A stretch of 64,000 bases of DNA from the NCBI GenBank assembly GCA_965214705.1, contig CBDCCI010000001.1:64001-128000 (forward strand), read 5' to 3'. The DNA is from Alphaproteobacteria bacterium (GTDB lineage: Bacteria; Pseudomonadota; Alphaproteobacteria; UBA828). Below the pieces are notes generated by a model. It searched no databases, was not told the DNA's origin, and was given only the letters and a program-made list of their open reading frames with translations. The translations under genes were made by a program, and so were the position numbers. This document shows, in pieces, positions 60,726-64,000 of this stretch. The stretch's first letter is position 1; each line of letters starts with the position of its first letter.

Positions 60726-62300
60726 ATGAACGATGCGGCGCCCGCCATCGCGGTCGACGGCCTCTCCAAACGGTTTGACGCGACCGTCGCCCTCGACGAC
60801 GTCACCTTCTCCATTCCGCAGGGCGAGATCCGCGCGCTGATCGGCGAGAACGGCGCCGGCAAGTCCACCCTCGTCAAGATTCTGGCCGGTCTGGTCCGGG
60901 AGGATACCGGCGACATCCACGTCTTCGGCGACGACGTGACCATCGGGCGCCCCTCCCGCGCGCACCGGCTCGGCATTCAGACGGCGTTTCAGGAAATGAC
61001 CCTGATCGACGATCTGACCGTTATCCAGAACATGCTGCTGCCCTACGAGCCGCTGGTGGCAGGCCAAATCGACCGGCGCGGCAGCAAGCGCGCCGTCGTG
61101 CAGCACTTCGCCCGTCTCGGCCTGGACGACGTGGACCCCAACGCGCTGGTGAGTGACCTCGCGCTTTCCACCCGCCAGAAGATCGAGATCGCGAAGGCGG
61201 TCGCGCGCGAGCCCCGGGTGCTGCTGCTGGACGAGCCAACCTCCACGTTATCGGCCTCCGACGTTGACTGGCTTGGGGACCTCATCGACAGCCTCAACGC
61301 AGAGGGCGTGACGATCGTCTTCATCTCGCACCGCATGGCCGAGGTGCGCCGCTTCTGTCAGAGCCTCACGGTGCTCCGCAACGGTAGGCACGTGGGCTCC
61401 TACGGGATCGACGAGGTGACGGACGACGAGGTGGTCAGCCTCGTGATCGGCCGCTCTCTCGGCGCGATCTATCCGGAACGCGAGAACTACCGCCAGGCCG
61501 GTGCTTCCGTGCCTGCCTTCTCCGGCGAGAGTCTCACCATCGGCGGCACGCTGGACGATCTCTCCTTCGAGCTCTGGCCGGGCGAGGTGCTGGGCATAGG
61601 CGCGCTACAGGGCATGGGCCAGCGCGAACTGTTCGAGGCGCTTTTCGGCGAGCGCGGCGTGGATAGCGGCACCATCGCCCTCGGCGGCCGGGCGCTCACG
61701 CTCGCCTCGCCCGCCGATGCGGTGCGCGCCGGCATCAGCATGGTGCCGGAGGACCGCAAGACCGAGGCGCTGTTTCTCAGGCTCACCGGCGGCGCCAATG
61801 CGTCGATCCCGATCATCGACCGCTTCGCTGCGGCGGGCTGGATCGACCGCAAGGCCGAGGCCGCCGCAGTGGACGAGGTGCTGAACGACCTGCAGGTTCA
61901 CCCGCGGGCGCTCTACAAGACCGTCTCATCCTTCTCCGGCGGCAATCAGCAGAAGATCGCCATCGCCAAGTGGCTGCTGGCGCAGAGCCAGGTGCTGCTC
62001 ACCTTCGACCCGACGCGGGGCGTCGATATCGGCACCAAGCACGAGATCTACGTGCTGATCCGCGCGCTGGCCAAGGCTGGCGCCGCCATCCTCTATTACA
62101 CGACCGAGATTCCGGAGCTTGTGAACATCTGCGACCGGGTGCTGGTCATGTACCGCGGGCGCATGGTCAAGGAGCTGATCGGCGAGGAGATCACCGAGCA
62201 GGCGATCATGGGCTACGCGCTAGGCGCCGAGGGTCCGGAGGACGCTGCCGAGGCCGCACAAAGGGCGCAGCCGGCCGCAGAGGCGGGAGCGGCCCCTTGA
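60726..62300 (+). CDS. RbsA-like double-domain ABC ATPase
   Basis: GENGAGKST, LDEPT, ISHR, PEDRK, SGGNQQK, DPTRGVDIG. Confidence 0.93.
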   Translation: MNDAAPAIAVDGLSKRFDATVALDDVTFSIPQGEIRALIGENGAGKSTLVKILAGLVREDTGDIHVFGDDVTIGRPSRAHRLGIQTAFQEMTLIDDLTVIQNMLLPYEPLVAGQIDRRGSKRAVVQHFARLGLDDVDPNALVSDLALSTRQKIEIAKAVAREPRVLLLDEPTSTLSASDVDWLGDLIDSLNAEGVTIVFISHRMAEVRRFCQSLTVLRNGRHVGSYGIDEVTDDEVVSLVIGRSLGAIYPERENYRQAGASVPAFSGESLTIGGTLDDLSFELWPGEVLGIGALQGMGQRELFEALFGERGVDSGTIALGGRALTLASPADAVRAGISMVPEDRKTEALFLRLTGGANASIPIIDRFAAAGWIDRKAEAAAVDEVLNDLQVHPRALYKTVSSFSGGNQQKIAIAKWLLAQSQVLLTFDPTRGVDIGTKHEIYVLIRALAKAGAAILYYTTEIPELVNICDRVLVMYRGRMVKELIGEEITEQAIMGYALGAEGPEDAAEAAQRAQPAAEAGAAP

Positions 62301-64000
62301 GCGACGTCCCGCTCGCGCGGATGCCGCGGCTTTCCTGGCAGCAGGGGCTGGCGCGCAACCGGCGGCTGCTGGTCGCGGTCACGGCCTTCATCGGCATCTT
62401 CGTCTGCCTGGACGTGATCTCGCCGGGCCCGATCAGCTACTTCGAAATCAACTTCCTCTCGTCCAACACCGGGCCTTTGGCCTTCGCCGCCATGGGCCAG
62501 ACGGTGGTGTTCCTGATCGGCGGCTTCGACCTCTCCTGCGGCGCCGTGCTCTCGCTGGTCAACGTGATCATGGCGCTGCACACCACCGATTCCCTCTGGA
62601 GCCAGGTCCTGATGTGCTTCGCCGGCCTCGGCATCGGCGCGTCGGTCGGCGCCATCAACGGCTTCTTCATCGCCTACATGCGGCTGCAGCCGGTGGTGGT
62701 GACGCTGGCGGTGATGTTCATCATCCTCGGCCTCAACCTGCTGCTGATGCCGGATCCGGGCGGCTACATCCCCTACGGCCTCTCGATGGTCTTCACCGGC
62801 GACCTGATCCCTGACGGCTTCCCCGCCGCGCTGCTCGTCATCCTGCTGGCGCTGGGGCTCTGGGCGCTCATCAAGCGCTCGCGCTTCGGTACCGCGCTCT
62901 ACGCCGTCGGCAGCAACGAGGACGCCGCCTTCGCCAACGGCATCAACGTCGCGCGCACCAAGTTCCTCGGCTACACGCTGGCCGGCACCTTCTACGGCGC
63001 GGGCGGGGTCTTCCTCAGCGCGCAGACTAGCTCTGGCGACCCGCTGGTGGGGAGCGGCATGCTGCTCCTCATCTTCGCCGCGACGATCCTGGGCGGCACC
63101 CGGATCGGCGGCGGCGAGGGCGGCTGCCTCGGCACGGTGTTCGCGGCGTTCACGCTGATGCTGATCTCGAACGTGCTGATCGTGCTCAACTGGTCGCCGC
63201 ACGTCATGCCGATCACCGAGGCGGTGATCCTGCTGCTGGCGGTGATCGGCGCCTCGATCGGCCGCGACACGTCCCTCGCCGAATACTGGCGAGTCACCGG
63301 CCTCAAGCTATCCGGGCTCAGGCACAGGAGCCTGCCCTCCTTCCACGGCGGCGCGCGAGCCAATACAGGCAAGCTCAACACGAGCTGGACTCCGCGGGCG
63401 AGCGACGAGCTCTCCGGGCCGCAGCTCTGGCAATGGACCACCAAGAATTGGGACGTGCTCCGCCTGATGGTGCCGGCGTGGACCCTGCTGGTCGTGGTCT
63501 ACATCCTCGTGGTCGCGGTCATCGGCGGCGAGAGCGTGAGCGTCCACTACCTCAACTCGCTGCTCACGCTCGGGCTCTTCCTCGCCGTCCTTGGCCTCGG
63601 CCAGGGCGCGGTGGTGCTGACCGGCGGGCTCGATCTCTCGGTGCCGCACACGCTTGCGTTCACCGGTGTGGTGCTGGCCGCGCTCTGCAACGGGATGGAC
63701 GGGCCGGCCTACTGGGCGGTGCCGCTGGTGCTGGCGATCGGCATCGGCGTCGGCCTCTTCAACGGCATCGGCGTGGTGCTGTTCGGGATGCCGGCCATCG
63801 TCGTCACGCTGGCGACCAACGGCATCATGCAGGGCGCCGGCCTGCTTTTCACCGGCGGCATCCCCACCGGGCGCTCGCCGCCGGCGCTGGTGTGGTTCTT
63901 CACCGAGCGGCTCGCCGGGCTAGCGCCCGCCGCCTGGTTCCTTATCGGCTTCGCCGGCGTGGCCTACGTCGTGCTGCATCGCACCACCTTCGGGCGGCGC
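62297..64000 (+). CDS. RbsC-like ABC permease with two fused permease domains; runs off the window end
   Basis: Frame from TTG 62297 contains GQTVVFLIGGFDLS and a second GQGAVVLTGGLDLS at about 63600, with no stop in the linker. Confidence 0.85.
   Translation, partial: MSDVPLARMPRLSWQQGLARNRRLLVAVTAFIGIFVCLDVISPGPISYFEINFLSSNTGPLAFAAMGQTVVFLIGGFDLSCGAVLSLVNVIMALHTTDSLWSQVLMCFAGLGIGASVGAINGFFIAYMRLQPVVVTLAVMFIILGLNLLLMPDPGGYIPYGLSMVFTGDLIPDGFPAALLVILLALGLWALIKRSRFGTALYAVGSNEDAAFANGINVARTKFLGYTLAGTFYGAGGVFLSAQTSSGDPLVGSGMLLLIFAATILGGTRIGGGEGGCLGTVFAAFTLMLISNVLIVLNWSPHVMPITEAVILLLAVIGASIGRDTSLAEYWRVTGLKLSGLRHRSLPSFHGGARANTGKLNTSWTPRASDELSGPQLWQWTTKNWDVLRLMVPAWTLLVVVYILVVAVIGGESVSVHYLNSLLTLGLFLAVLGLGQGAVVLTGGLDLSVPHTLAFTGVVLAALCNGMDGPAYWAVPLVLAIGIGVGLFNGIGVVLFGMPAIVVTLATNGIMQGAGLLFTGGIPTGRSPPALVWFFTERLAGLAPAAWFLIGFAGVAYVVLHRTTFGRR

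Overview
High-GC alphaproteobacterial chromosome segment (Rhodospirillales-like, inferred from an alpha-type LexA box, bhcR, aapJ and an RT0821-type lipoprotein; a host-associated marine lifestyle is plausible but unproven). From 1 to about 19.2 kb is an accessory region ending at the 3' end of tRNA-Ala(CGC). It holds an ISKra4-type IS truncating a sensor kinase, a partner-switching signalling cluster (binding protein, REC-PP2C, GPP34/GOLPH3-like protein, RsbW-like kinase), three tandem beta-barrel lipoproteins plus a fourth, orphan bhcR and mreB, a P450 and several gene remnants. The middle has panBC and hspQ, an omega-class GST split by a tyrosine-recombinase/IS91-transposase element, a divergent urease-like operon headed by vapBC, D-aminoacylase, a class III aminotransferase, ABC importers, rnhB and an SOS-boxed radical SAM gene. 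A polyamine-type ABC operon has its ATPase split by an IS66-family element carrying a TRD-less Dam-like methyltransferase. The right end is a catabolic cluster (two ABC importers, CocE hydrolase, single and triple Rid proteins, a HEPN pair). Best novelty candidates: the methyltransferase-carrying IS66, the urease paralogue with a remodelled substrate site, and the IS91/YR element with Helentron-like ends. All family calls come from motif recognition by eye; no database searches were run.
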